From positions 11,646,578 through 11,710,577 of the forward strand of contig NC_057751.1 of the NCBI RefSeq assembly GCF_004010195.1: a stretch of DNA of 64,000 bases, read 5' to 3'. Positions within the stretch are counted from its first letter, which is position 1; each line of letters begins with the position of its first letter. This DNA comes from Chiloscyllium plagiosum. Taxonomy: Eukaryota. The notes under the pieces are model-generated. The model searched no databases, was not told where the DNA came from, and saw only the letters and a list, made by a program, of their open reading frames with translations. Positions 38,203-50,611 of this stretch are shown piece after piece. Position numbers and translations under genes: made by a program.

Positions 38203-38508
38203 ATGGCTCAGTGGTTAGCACTGCTGCCTCACATCACCAGGGTTCCAGGTTCGATTCCAGCCTCTGGCGACTGACTGTGTGGAGTTTGCACATTCTCCCT
38301 GTGTCTGCGTGGGTTTCCGCTGGGTGCTCTGGTTTCCTCCCACAGTCCAAAGATGTGTAGGTCAGGTGGATTGGCCATGCTAAATTGCCCGTTCTGTTAG
38401 GTGCATTAGTCAGAGGGAAATAGGTCTGGATGGGTTACTCTTCAGAGGGGCGGTGTGGACTGGTTGGATCAAAGGGCCTGTTTCCACATTGGAGGGAATC
38501 TAATCTAA
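38203..38508 (+). mobile_element. HE1/V-SINE-like SINE
   Basis: tggctcagtggttagcactgctgcctcac (A box), ggttcgattcc (B box), conserved core and aatct tail. Confidence 0.9.
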
Positions 38509-38637
38509 ACTTTAGAGTCCTCTGGCAACTCTTGTCGTCTTAAAATATATCTGAAAATGTTATCACAAAATTGAGCAGCTTTTTTTTTCGTCACCAAATC
38601 ACTCATGGTAATGACTAATTTACTGACTAATTTACAT

Positions 38638-39568
38638 AGGTAAAAACAATGACTGCAGATGCTGGAAACCAGAGTCTAGATTAGAGTGGTGCTGGAAAAA
38701 CACAGCAGTTCAGGCAGCATCCGAGGAGCAGTAAAATCGACGTTTCAGGCAAAAGCCCTTCATCAGGAATACAGGCAGAGAGCCTGAAGGGTGGGGAGAT
38801 ANNNNNNNNNNNNNNNNNNNNNNNNNNNNNNNNNNNNNNNNNNNNNNNNNNNNNNNNNNNNNNNNNNNNNNNNNNNNNNNNNNNNNNNNNNNNNNNNNNN
38901 NNNNNNNNNNNNNNNNNNNNNNNNNNNNNNNNNNNNNNNNNNNNNNNNNNNNNNNNNNNNNNNNNNNNNNNNNNNNNNNNNNNNNNNNNNNNNNNNNNNN
39001 NNNNNNNNNNNNNNNNNNNNNNNNNNNNNNNNNNNNNNNNNNNNNNNNNNNNNNNNNNNNNNNNNNNNNNNNNNNNNNNNNNNNNNNNNNNNNNNNNNNN
39101 NNNNNNNNNNNNNNNNNNNNNNNNNNNNNNNNNNNNNNNNNNNNNNNNNNNNNNNNNNNNNNNNNNNNNNNNNNNNNNNNNNNNNNNNNNNNNNNNNNNN
39201 NNNNNNNNNNNNNNNNNNNNNNNNNNNNNNNNNNNNNNNNNNNNNNNNNNNNNNNNNNNNNNNNNNNNNNNNNNNNNNNNNNNNNNNNNNNNNNNNNNNN
39301 NNNNNNNNNNNNNNNNNNNNNNNNNNNNNNNNNNATGATTGTCCTACCTGCCTATCTTCTTTTCCACCTATCACCTTCATCCCCTCCCCCATTCACCTAT
39401 TGTACTCTCTGCTACTTTCTCCCCACCCCACTCTCCTCTCACTTATCTCTCAACCCTTCAGGCTCTCTGCCTGTATTCCTGATGAAGGGGAATTTTGCCT
39501 GAAACTTTGATTTTACTGCTCCTCGGATGCTGCCTGAACTGCTGTGTTTTTCCAGCACCACTCTAACC
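38638..39568. mobile_element. Palindromic PLE insert spanning the assembly gap, with 15-bp TSD
   Basis: Left arm ~38681-38800 is inverted to ~39445-39566. TSD ctgactaatttacat at 38623-38637 and 39569-39583. Confidence 0.8.
38802..39334. other. Assembly gap (533 N)
   Basis: Run of n. Confidence 1.
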
Positions 39569-40463
39569 CTGACTAATTTACATGCAAACCCTGTGAAGGA
39601 CAATGCAATAACATCAAAGATGAGGGAGAGAGGCACAGCATTAAATAAAAATGGAGTCTGAGAGGGGAATAGAATAGTCTACCCCTTGCAGTGCCCACAT
39701 TTCTGTTCAAGCATTGCAACCCCTGTGTAAGACACACAACTTAAATTGTTGCACATTGCAGGTTGAGCCATTGAATGAAAAAAATATGGAAACAACTATG
39801 AAACACTTGTCAGTTATGTGAGCTAAAGCACAATGCACAATTCAGGGCATGACTTCAAGAAGGATGTCAAAGCCTCGCATAGGGAACTGAAGAGGGTTAC
39901 CAGAATGAATAACAGGAACTAACAGATTCAAGAACAGCTTCTTCCTTGCTCTTATTAGACTGCTGTTTGGGCCACTCTAACTTCAAATAATGATCTTGCT
40001 TTGTGCACTTCCTATATAGCTACAACTTTGAATGTTTGGCTCTGTCCAAGCACTCTATGATCAGTATATCTTTGTTTGCTATGAGCTGCCTGTCGTGCTG
40101 TGAGGCTGTATTGCTAACCACTGTGCCACCCCACAGGCTCATATTGCTTACTTTACAGATGATGAATGAAAGAGCTCATACACATGTTCAACATCATGAA
40201 AGGTTTTGATAGAACAAGCAAGAGTAACCACTTCCTTTGGCATGTTGGTAACTAAGCAGGGGTTATAGATTTGAAGTCACTGTCAAAAGAACAAATGAAG
40301 ATTTGAGAAATTCCTTCACACAGAGTATTGTTGAGATCTGGAATGCACATCATGAAAGGCTGATAGAATCACATTCCAGATGACTTTTGAAGGCATTGGG
40401 GCATATTCAATTTTTACCTTGTGGGGTAAATGCTGGAACGGACTCTATTATTTGGATTTTATC

Positions 40464-40588
40464 TTGAAGGGCTTTTGCCCGAAATATCGATTTTACTGCT
40501 CCTCGGATGCTGCCTGACCTGCTTGGCTCTTCCAGCACCACTAATCCAGAATCTGATTTCCAGCATCTGCAGTCATTGTTTTTACCTT
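40464..40588 (+). mobile_element. PLE terminal fragment
   Basis: tgaagggcttttgcccgaaatatcgattttactgctcctcggatgc...gcagtcattgtttttacct. Confidence 0.8.
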
Positions 40589-41353
40589 TTCTCAGAGACT
40601 GAATGGTCTTTGTGTGCTATGAGGTTTTAACGGATGTAATAAAGACTAGACAGAAAATGGCACTGAAATAAAATATTAAAAATATTCAGTGTCAACCTGT
40701 TACCTGTGCCTGCATGAATTTCTTTCAGCTAGTACTGGGTGTGGTAGTTTGCACAGGAAATACTCCCCACAGATCTTCCTTCTTGTTTAACCAACATCTC
40801 ATTTTGGTTCAGTTGTAATTGAGGGCATCTCTTTCTGCTCTCTATTTTCTAAAAAAGTATTATATTGCAATTAAGGAAAAAAAGACAATCTTTTAACAGT
40901 CAATTGCACCAATATATTACGCTTGGTGCCCAGCAGTTTCACTGAGAAACACAAATGCATGTAGGCAAAAACTGGAGAGTGCATTTGATTCATCTCAACT
41001 TGCAAAGTTGCAAAGAGAAGAAAGGGTTGCATCTTTTGCAGTGCCTTTCTTATTCACGGCTAATTAAGTACTGAGAGGGGAAACCTCTGAGTGGACTGCA
41101 TTGTGTTAATCAGAACAAATCAAGCACAACTTTGAGTAAATGTGGTAAGACGAATAAACTGCTTTTTAACATAACCAACCAATCTGGTAGTAAATTTGGT
41201 TCCCTTCAGCAATGAGACATTCGCAGCCAAAATAGTGGGTAGAAAAACTATTATTCTTGTGTTAGTTGCGGCTCAGCTTGCTGCACTTTCACTTCTGAAT
41301 CCAAAGATTGAGAGTTCAAGTCCCATTCCTGACAGCTGAACACAAAAATCCAG

Positions 41354-42576
41354 TCCCCCTCCACCAATACCCTCCTCCTCCTTGCCACATTAGTCCTCAG
41401 CCTCAACAACGTTTTCTTCAACTTTTCCCATGAGCACTCGCATGGGCCCTAGCTACGGCTGCCTCTTTGTCGGCCATGTTGAATAGTCTCACTTCAGTAC
41501 ATGACGCAGGTACTGTTCCCCAACTCTTGCACCCATTACATTGATGGCTGTATCCTGCACCCAGGCTCAACTGGAGCAGCTCATTGACTTTGCCACCAAT
41601 TTTCACCCTGCCCTTAAGTTCACATAGTGTATCTCGGACACCTCCCTCCCCTTCCTTGACCTTTCCTTTTCCATCTCTGGCGACAAACTGATAATTTGGT
41701 ACAAACCCACAAACTGCCATACCTGGACTACACCTCCTCCCACCCCATATTCTGCAAAAACTCCATCCCATTTTCCTAATTGCTCTGTCTCCGTCGTATT
41801 TGCTCTGACAAGGAAATGTCAGGTCCCAGATGTCCACTGGTTTTATTCATTTGGCTTTCCCACCCCCATCATCCAGACAGCCCTCTACCGCTCCTCCTCA
41901 ATTTCCCGCTCGAAACCCCTCCACCATCTAAACATAATAAAGACAGGTACCCCTTGTTCTCACTTTCCACCACACCAGCTTACGCATTAAATGTGTTATC
42001 TTCAAACACTTCTGCCAACTCCAACTAGACCCCCACCACCACAAACATCTTCCCCTCCTGCCCCTCTCTGCCTTTCTCTTTCCAACATGACCATCCTTGG
42101 CCTCCTCCATTACTGAGTGAATCAGACTGCACATTGGAACAACAGTGCCTCATCTTCCCCCTCATCTTCAGCCTATAGCCTGGAGGAGTTAACATTGAGT
42201 TCTCCAATTTCAAATAACCTTCCTACCTATCCCTGTCTCCCTTTCTAGTCCCATCCCATCCCTTTCCTCACTCCAACCAACCCCACCTTCTAGCTACCAA
42301 CCGGATTAATTCTTCCTATCAACCTACCAAGTTGTACCTACCACATGTGTTCACTTATCAGTACTTCATCACTCCGCCCCTCTCATCACTCATAACCCTT
42401 CACCACCACACACACACACACCGCCCCCCTCACCCCCCAATCTGCAGCTCCCCCGGCCTCCACCTCCATCTCTGAAGAACCTTGGAATTCTCACCAAGAT
42501 GCTGCTTGGCTTGCCGTGTTCTTCCAGCCTCCTGCTTGTCTACTTTGGATTCCAGCATCTGCAATTTTTTTTGTCT
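41354..42576 (+). mobile_element. Degraded, internally deleted Penelope-like element (RT + GIY-YIG remnants) with 17-bp TSD
   Basis: Remnants LVLSLNN, MSTRMGPSYGCLFVGHVE (RT motif region), HYIDG (YIDD-like), YKPT and QQCLIF..PGGVNIEFSNF. TSD tgaacacaaaaatccag (41337-41353) and tgaacataaaaatccag (42577-42593). Confidence 0.85.
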
Positions 42577-42785
42577 TGAACATAAAAATCCAGACACAAA
42601 AACAGTTTTGGAGGAGTGCTGCATTGTCAGACACCTGCCACCTCGGAGATGAAACGTTAAATCATTGCTCTGTCTACGCTCCTCAAGTGGATGGTCCCAC
42701 AGCACTACTTTTTGAAGCAGAAAAGAGAATATATTCCTCTTGATCAATATTTGTCCTTAGGCAATGTGACTAAAATTGATAAATT

Positions 42786-43333
42786 CAGAGGGTCATATGG
42801 CACAAAAACAGACCATTCCATCCAAATCATCTGCACTTACCAGACACGCCAACTTGACCTCATCCCATTGATCCATACCCCTCTGAACCTTTCTGTTCAT
42901 ACATCATCCAGATGCCTTTCAAATGTTCTAATTGTAATCGTATGAGCCTCCACTACTTTCCCTGGCAGCTCGTTCCATTCAAGCACCACACTGCATGAAA
43001 AGGTTATCCCTCAGGTCCTTTATAAATTTTTCCCCTCTCACCTCAAACATATGCCCTCTGATTTTGGACTCCCCATCCTTGGAAAAACACCTTGACAATT
43101 CACCTTGTACATACCCCTCATGATTTTATAAACCTCTATAAGGTCACGCCTCGGCCTCCAAAGTTCCAGGGAAAATAGCCTCAGTCTATTCAACCTTTGA
43201 CTCTAACTCAAACCCTCCAGTCCCAGCAACATCCTTGTAAATTTTTTCTGCACCCTTTCAAGTTTAACAACCTTTTTCCTATAAAAGGGCAGCCAGAATT
43301 GTATGCAGTATCCTCCAAGTGGCCATACCAAAT
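42786..43333 (-). mobile_element. CR1/HER1-like LINE 3' end (diverged)
   Basis: ORF segment YCIQFWLPFYRKKVVKLERVQKKFTRML. Confidence 0.85.
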
Positions 43334-43986
43334 GGTGCTCCTTCATTTTGATCTGATTAACTAAGATAATTGAAGTGCAATAGCTCTGTGCAAAAGAATG
43401 ATCAGGTTCTTGTACTTTTTTTTGAACTTGCTGAAAATTCACTGATGCGTTTCCTATATTATAATGGTGATGAGATTTCGACAAGTATGTAACTGGCTGA
43501 GATGTGCTTTGGGATGCCCTCAGGTTGTGAAAGGTCCTACATAAATACCAATCCTTTCATCACTTTGTGAGATTTTCCCCAAGTGCAAGGTGGTTACACG
43601 ATTTGTGTATAAATTGTAACCACAGCACAAGTACTGAGGCTCATTTAGAGTCAATTAAAACTAAGTGCTTTACTATTAGTTGCTTCTGTTCTTTATTCAT
43701 TCCTAAGCAGCATTTGATAAACAATGAATGTCTTTCGTGTACTGGGGGTAGTTTCAAGGGATGCTGAGAAGTGCAGAATTTGCTTTGTGCTGGGACTCGG
43801 TAAAATAACCCAGTGTTGAGATCTCACAGAAAGAGTGTGTGTGTTGCATGTTTCAGTTTGTCACTGGTGACTTCCAGGGGATCCTTCTCCCAAGCTTTAG
43901 TCAAAATTCCAGCTCTTTATGCAAATGACATTTGAACACTGACAGTAATAAGTGTCTAATAATGTGTTTTTTTTGTTTACTTTCAG

Positions 43987-44043
43987 AATCTACCGCCTGG
44001 AACCCAATGTGTAGGCAGCCTGCTGTTACCTTACATCTCTAAG
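43987..44043 (+). CDS. PLEKHA2: Coding exon 2 (57 nt): NLPPGTQCVGSLLLPYISK
   Basis: Acceptor ttttgtttactttcAG, donor AAG|gtattt. Matches TAPP NL..G...VG.L.L.YISK, phase 0/0. Confidence 0.9.
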
Positions 44044-44760
44044 GTATTTTGTCTCTCTCATGCTTGCAGAAAAATATCCATATTATATTCGCAAACATAA
44101 GAGTAGCAACCCGAAAGAGAAAGAAAATTAAATAATTATTTAGGCTGGTTTTACAATCCAGTGCAGTTCGTGTCATGTGGTGCTCCTACAGAGCTTTGGC
44201 AACAATGGAAACCTAGCCTTGTTGCCTGGTTGTTAACTGCTTGGGTAATGGGATGTCCAGCTCCCTGTGTGTGAAATTCTTCCTTGGGAGTGTCAGACTT
44301 TAAATTGTCCCTGTTATCTTTTCAGAGGCTGTTAAACATCAGTAAATTGACTTTTCCATCTGGTGATTGTTTCATCACCCCAGCCAACATCAATGATGTC
44401 ATTTATAGAGGCACTCTCAGCAATTATGGGAACAAAGGAGTTTTTCATAATGGATTGCAAACTCCTGCTATGAATGGCCAATTGGACATTTCAGTCCTGA
44501 TGCAGTGGCTCCATTAAACAGTAGTGCCCCTGAATGGGAAAGCATCAGGTTACAGGGGTGGTTTTATAGAGTAGACCAACACTGTAACTTCAGTGTGTTA
44601 CTGCGGCATGTGCAGAGAGTGGCACTGTGGCATGTGTAACATATGACATGACATAATGTCAGCAACCCCATTTAATATCGCAGTCCTCTCAATGTGATGT
44701 GAAAGTATTACTCATTATATTTTAAATAATCCCTAAAGCATTGTGTTCATTAAGAATTAT

Positions 44761-45154
44761 GGGAGAAAGTGAGGACTGCAGATGCTGGAGATCAGAGCTG
44801 AAAAATGTGTTGCTGGAAAAGCGCAGCAGGTCAGGCAGCATCCAAGGAGCAGGAGAATCGACGTTTCGGGCATAAGTCCTTCTTCAGGAATGAGGAAGGT
44901 GTGCCAAGCAGGCTAAGATAAAAGGTAGGGAGGAGGGACTTTTCTGAGCTGGGGCAGGGCTGACTGCAGGGAATGTAGGTAGCGGCGCATGGCTGCAAGC
45001 ATGGAGTGGAGGATCCAGAGGGAGGTCTGTTGCTGGAGGTTTATCTTACCCTGCTTGGCACACCTTCCTCATTCCTGAAGAAGAGCTTATGCCCGAAATG
45101 TTGATTCTCCTGCTCCTTGGATGCTGCCTGACCTGCTGTGCTTTTCCAGCAACA
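44761..45154. mobile_element. Palindromic PLE insert with 13-bp TSD
   Basis: Arms ~44805-44921 and ~45040-45158 are inverted. TSD cattaagaattat at 44748-44760 and 45155-45167. Confidence 0.85.
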
Positions 45155-45479
45155 CATTAAGAATTATAGTCAACTAAGTGTAAAGGAGTGAAATTCTTTT
45201 CACCTAATAACTTTAGCAAATAAGTCTGCACCCACATCCATTTAAAGGTTATATGATTCTAACAAGATGTATTTAATTGTTTAATCCCCCAAAATCTTAA
45301 ACTGAATTGGAAGGTGTCGCTGGGGCTTAATATGAGTTATGTTTTGAGCTCCCACCCCAACAATTTCTTCTCTTTTCTTACGAAAGGAAGTGACTCCTTT
45401 GGATGGAAGTTCAGTAGCCCATCGGTACCTCGTTTAGTTGTGAATTCTGTGTTACTTATGGCTGACAGGTGGCTGTTTG

Positions 45480-45860
45480 AGAAAGAAGGAAAGGACTTGC
45501 AATTATGTAGCACCTTTCACCACAGCCAGTGGAGTGTTTGTGTTAATCTTTGTTGCAACAAGAATTGCAGCAGCTGAGTTGTGCAAATCTCTTGCAAACA
45601 GCAAGGTGGTCACAAATAGATGTGTTTTACTGATGTTAATTAAGGTGTAGATATTTGCAAGGTCAGCAGGACAACTCACTGTTGTTTGTCAAAATAGTGT
45701 CACACGATTGTTTACATAACGTCTCGCCCAAAAGACAGGCACCTCTGACCAGATTGCATTCTCTCAGTGTGAGTTTGGAGCTTCAGCAGGAGATTTCTGT
45801 CTTTAAGATTCTGGAGTCGGATTTGAATTCACAACCTTCTGAGGAGGAAAGCTGATGCCC
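45480..45860 (-). mobile_element. Old Deu-domain-like SINE, reverse orientation
   Basis: agaaagaaggaaaggacttgcaattatgtagcacctttca...taacgtctc...aaaagacaggcacctctgac...gcattctctcagt. Confidence 0.55.
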
Positions 45861-47289
45861 ACATGGTAATAACTGACAATCCGGAGCCCCACATTCTACT
45901 CTTTCCTTTCTGTTCTAAGTAAGGCTCAGGATTGTCAGTCATGACCCAATGGGCAATGTCAGGGACTCTGCATATGGGTACATCAAGGTGTTGTTAACAT
46001 GCTGGCCTGACTTTTGTCACTTTGTTATGCCTGAACTCCAGGCCGATGGACAGATTGGCAGATGTCTGCCTTCTGATATCCATCACTGCAAAGATGGAGT
46101 TGTGGCATAGGAGCATGCCTTCCAAGAACAGCATGGCCTTAGCTCTAAAGATGAGCTCAACCTTTGGGTGCATGCTGTAACCCTCTGAGGGGGAGAAGCT
46201 GAGTGGGGAAAGGTCAGCAAAGCACACAACAATCAGTGCTACTGTTTGCTGCCAGCAGTGGAATGACATCAGTCTCATCAAGAGGCAATGTGTGAGGAAC
46301 GTTTTACCTGCTGCGTTAATCACAGGTCTGATCTGCTGAGTCCTTCAGCTGTGTACAGGCCCTAAGCTCTGGAATTCTTTGCCAAAATATCTCTGTCTTT
46401 CCCTATCTCTCACTCACGCCTTCTTTCTGACACTATGAAATCTACTTCACTGATGGAGCTTTTGGTCACCAATCCAAAAACTCCTTGGGTGACTTGATGT
46501 CATATTTGACTGATAAACAGTCCTGTGAATCACTTTGTGATGTGTTTTACTGCAAAGCAGGCTGAGCTGTCTTTAGTGTCAAAGTGGAAGACAGCAGATG
46601 GTTGGGTTGCAAAAGAGAGAAACACCTTTGGTGCCGAAAAACGCACCTGTTTTTAATTCAATTGTGATGTTGCATTTCTCGCTAGGCCAGTATTTATTGC
46701 CCTTATGAGGTGATGGTGAGTGCCTTCTTGAGCATGCAGGTGTCAAAACTCCCATTGTGGTGGTTAGGAAGAGAGTTCCAGGATTTTGAATCAGCCACAG
46801 TAAAAGGGCAGAGATTTTGTTGCAAGTAAGGATGGTATGTGGCTTGGATAGTTGGTGAATTACTGTTAGGATTTTTGTAATAGCTTACACACAGTCAAAA
46901 AATTCCAGGGTAGTTTATAGGAATGTAAATCAGCCAATAGTTAATTGTAATTTAAATACTGAGGCAAAAGTCAAAAGAAATACTGATATCGTTTTAGATA
47001 AATTCTGTGGTCTGTAACAGTTTCAAAGGTGCTTTATTCTGCCATTCTGCACAACAAGATGCACAGATTGAGCTCTTAAACCATTGTAAACTGAATGCAA
47101 ACAACGAGTTTTCCATAACTGCTGAACAATTAGTGTGTTAATGTAATGCTGAATCACTGTCACAAGACAATGAAAACATGATTGCTTTGATGTTGATTGA
47201 AACCCACATTGAAGGATTATATCATGTTGAAGAAATATCTTTGAGCTTCAAAGGAAAAGCAATCACTTTGACGTAGACAGACTATGTCC

Positions 47290-47600
47290 GTTGTTGCACA
47301 GTTGGTAGCACACTTGCAGCTCAGTTAGAAACCTGTGGGTTTGAGCCCCCTGCAGAAACTTGAGTACAAAATGTGAGCTGATGCTCCAGTGTAATTCTAC
47401 AGCGAGGTCCAACCTTCCAGAGAAGATGAGACTATTTGTTCTCTTGCACAAAAATATTTCAAAAAGAAATGGAGGAGCTCTACCTGGTGTCCTGGCCAAT
47501 ATTTACCCCTCAACTAAAACAGATTATCTGATTATCATTGTGACATGACTTGGGGCAATTTCTGTGCACAAATTGACTGTATTTTCTTCAAAGGTGCTTT
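47290..47600 (+). mobile_element. Old Deu-domain-like SINE
   Basis: gctgatgctccagtg...cctggtgtcctggccaatatttacccctcaactaaaacagattatctg...tgtgcacaaattgactg. Confidence 0.65.
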
Positions 47601-48793
47601 CTGCTACTTTTCATCATTTATATAAATGATTTGGGTGTGAGCACAAGAGGTGTAGTTAGTAAATTTGCAGATGACACTAAAATTGGAGGTGTAGTGGATA
47701 GCAAAGAAGGTTAAAAATGTGTTGCTGGAAAAGCGCAGCAGGTCAGGCAGCTTCAAAGGAGAACGAGAATCGACATTTCGGACATAAGCCCTTCCGACGA
47801 TTCTCCTTCTCCTTTGATGCTGCCTGACCTGTTGCTTTTTTCCAGCAACACATTTTTAAGCTCTGATCCCCAGCATCTGCAGTCCTCATTTTCTCCTAGC
47901 AAAGAAGGTTACCTTAGATTATAATGGGATCTTGATCAGATGAGCCAATAGGCTGAGCAGTGGCAGATGGAGTTTAAGTAAGATAAATGTAAGGTGCTGC
48001 ATTTTGGGAAAGCAAGTCTTAGCAGGGCCTATATACATAATGGTGAGGTCCTAGGGAGGGTTGCTGAACAAAGAGACCTTGAAGTGCAGTTTCATAGCTC
48101 CTTGAAAGTAGAGTCACAGGTAGACAGGATAGTGAAGAAGGCGTTTGGTATGGTTTCCTTTATTGGTCAGAATATTGAGTACAGGAGTTGGGAGGTCATG
48201 TTGCGGCTGTACAGGACATTGGTTAGGCCACTTTTGGAATACTGTGTGCAATTTTGGTTTCTTTCATATCAGAAGGATGTTGTGAAACTTGAAAGGGTTC
48301 AGAAAACATTTACAAGGATGTTTCTATGTTTGGAGGATTTGAGCAAGAGGGAGAGGTTGAATAGGCTGGGGCTGTTTTCCCTGGATGGTCGGAGGCTGAG
48401 AGGTGACCTAATAGAGGTTTACAAAATTATGAGGGGCATGGATAGGGTAAATAGATAAGGTCTTTTGCTTGGGGTGGGGGAGTCCAGAACAAGAGGGCAT
48501 TGGTTTAGGGTGAGAAGGGAAAGATATAAAAGAGATCTAAGGGGCAACTTTTTCATGCAGAGGGTGGTGCGTGTGTGCGTTTGTGGAATGGGTGCCAGAG
48601 GAAGTGGTAGAGGCTCGTACAATTGCAACATTTAAAAAGCATCTGGATAGGTATATGAATAAGAAGAGTTTGGAGGGATAGGGGCCGGGTGGTTGCAGGT
48701 GAGACTAGATTGGGTTGGGATATCTGGTTGGCATGGATGAGTTGGACCAAAAGATCTGTTTTCATGCTGTACATCTCTATGACTTTTGACTCT
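47601..48793 (+). mobile_element. CR1/HER1-like LINE, RT C-terminus to 3' end, interrupted by a PLE
   Basis: IYINDL..SKFADDTKIGG (47615-47690). ORF 47994-48458 LHFGK...[17 protein letters not shown]. Confidence 0.93.
47714..47896. mobile_element. Palindromic PLE insert within the CR1, 15-bp TSD
   Basis: TSD tagcaaagaaggtta at 47699-47713 and 47897-47911. Inverted arms aaaatgtgttgctggaaaa / ttttccagcaacacatttt. Confidence 0.85.
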
Positions 48794-49650
48794 GTAGTTC
48801 TTTGGCAGATCTGAAAGTTATGAAAAGCATTGCAAAATTGGAATTCTTTCTTTTCTTTCCTGAGGTCATAAGCTTTTTCCTGCTGTTCCTCTGTATGCAA
48901 GCAAGAAGAATGAATAACTGTATGTTGAAAAGAAAATCAGTGTTGCTGAGGAGATCTGTTACAAGCAGTCAAAACAGTTTGGACAGCTGGAAGCTAACCA
49001 TCTTTGTGGGAATGTCATTCCCACAGTGCATGGCTAGGTCCGGACCTGGGACTGATTATTTATCTGTGATGTTATTGCTTTTGTGATTCTTGGTGACTGG
49101 GAGATGGGGTGGGTTTGACTGAGCTACTCATGTTTCTGTATATACTATGGTGCTGGTGATGGAGTGTGAGATAATGCAGCCATTGATTGCCCTGTCAATC
49201 AAGCAAATATTTCTGTCCTGAATACACGAGCTGCACAGATGTAAGTGAGGGAGGAGTGTTCCTTCACAATCTTAACTTGTGGCTGGTGACAAAGCTTTGG
49301 GAAAATGGCCCATTGTTTGGATCATAACCTGGCCTTCCCTTTTTGACGGGGTGTTCATCTAGTTGGCCCAGCTCAGCTTCTGGTCAGTACTGGTCCCCTA
49401 TCATGATACCACATGGGCTTTCCTGGAGGCAAATAGTGGGGTGGGTGGCTTGGGCTATTGGAGGTCAGGAGAGGGGACTGTTTTTCTTTTTAAAGATGGT
49501 CAGTTCCCAGAATGATGTGACATGAATCCCACTTTCTAGTCAGGTGTTGTCTGGGACCTGATTATGTCTGGTGTAGACTTCCCGAACAAAAATATTCAAA
49601 TGGTCATTTGGCACGTTTGTTTTTTGAACTTTATCCTGATTAAATAAAAC

Positions 49651-50308
49651 CGTGGAGATGAGGGGATTGAGAGAGTCAATCTGTCCTGGTCCTCCCATGT
49701 GGATGCGATGATCAAGAAGGCACAACAACACCTCTTCTTCCTCCAAAGTCTAAGGAAATTCAGCATGGCTGTAAGGACCCTCACCAACTTTTACAGACAC
49801 ACTATAGAAAGTATTCTATCTGGGTGCATCACGGCTTGGTATGGCAACTCCTCTTCCCAGGAGCGTTAGTAACTACAAAATGTTGTGTGCACAGACAAGA
49901 CCATCATGTAAGCCAATCTCCCATCCATGGACTCCATCCGCAATTTTTGTTGCCATGTAAAGGCATCCGACATCATCAATGACCACTCCCATCTGGGTTT
50001 TACTTTCTTCCAACTTCTTCTGTCAGGCAGAAGCACCAGAAGTTTAGACACATGTACCAACAGATTCAAGAATAGTTTCTTCCCTCCTGTTATTAGATTA
50101 TTGAATGGACCTCTCAAATTTCAAATCTAATATTGATCTTGCTTTTGTGCACCTTCTGTGCAGCCATAACCTTGTATGCCTCGCTCTGCCTAATCACCCT
50201 ATGATCTATCTATCCTCGAATAGTACAATCTGTCTGGACTGCACGCAAACAAAACTTTTCACTGTACTGAGGTACATGTGACAATAATGAATCAAATCAA
50301 ATCAAATC
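49651..50308 (+). mobile_element. Rex1/Babar-like LINE 3' end
   Basis: Translates IKKAQQHLFFLQSLRKFSMAVRTLTNFYRHTIESILSGCITAWYGN and TNRFKNSFFPPVIRLLN, with an (aatca)n tail. A related piece lies at ~39915-40100. Confidence 0.8.
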
Positions 50309-50611
50309 ACCAGTAAATAAGTGACTTATATTTACAAGAAATTATTAATGAGCTACACTAAACCACAGTTTCTGATGTAGGTGAGGGATGAAGCTAGCTG
50401 ATGAGAATTTCCAATTGAAGCACACAGGGCCGGGTATTCTTTCAGTGGCCAGTGCTTGGGTCAGTACAAATTATTCCCAGTTCTTCGTCTGCTCTAAAGT
50501 GACTGGTTGGATAGAAAGTATATTGCCTTTGGTTCTGTGATGGAAGGAATGATTGTTGGAAAGAAGATAGAGAGCAGAGACGGCAAACTCCAAACTCCAA
50601 AAATAAAATTG

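Noticed and set aside
38203..38260. tRNA gene (A/B boxes; also at 59088 and 16560-16623)
   Set aside because: The tRNA-like head runs straight into SINE core and tail sequence, with no complete cloverleaf or terminator.
38763..39510. The two longest ORFs in the track (209 and 239 aa)
   Set aside because: Artefacts of translating through the N gap.
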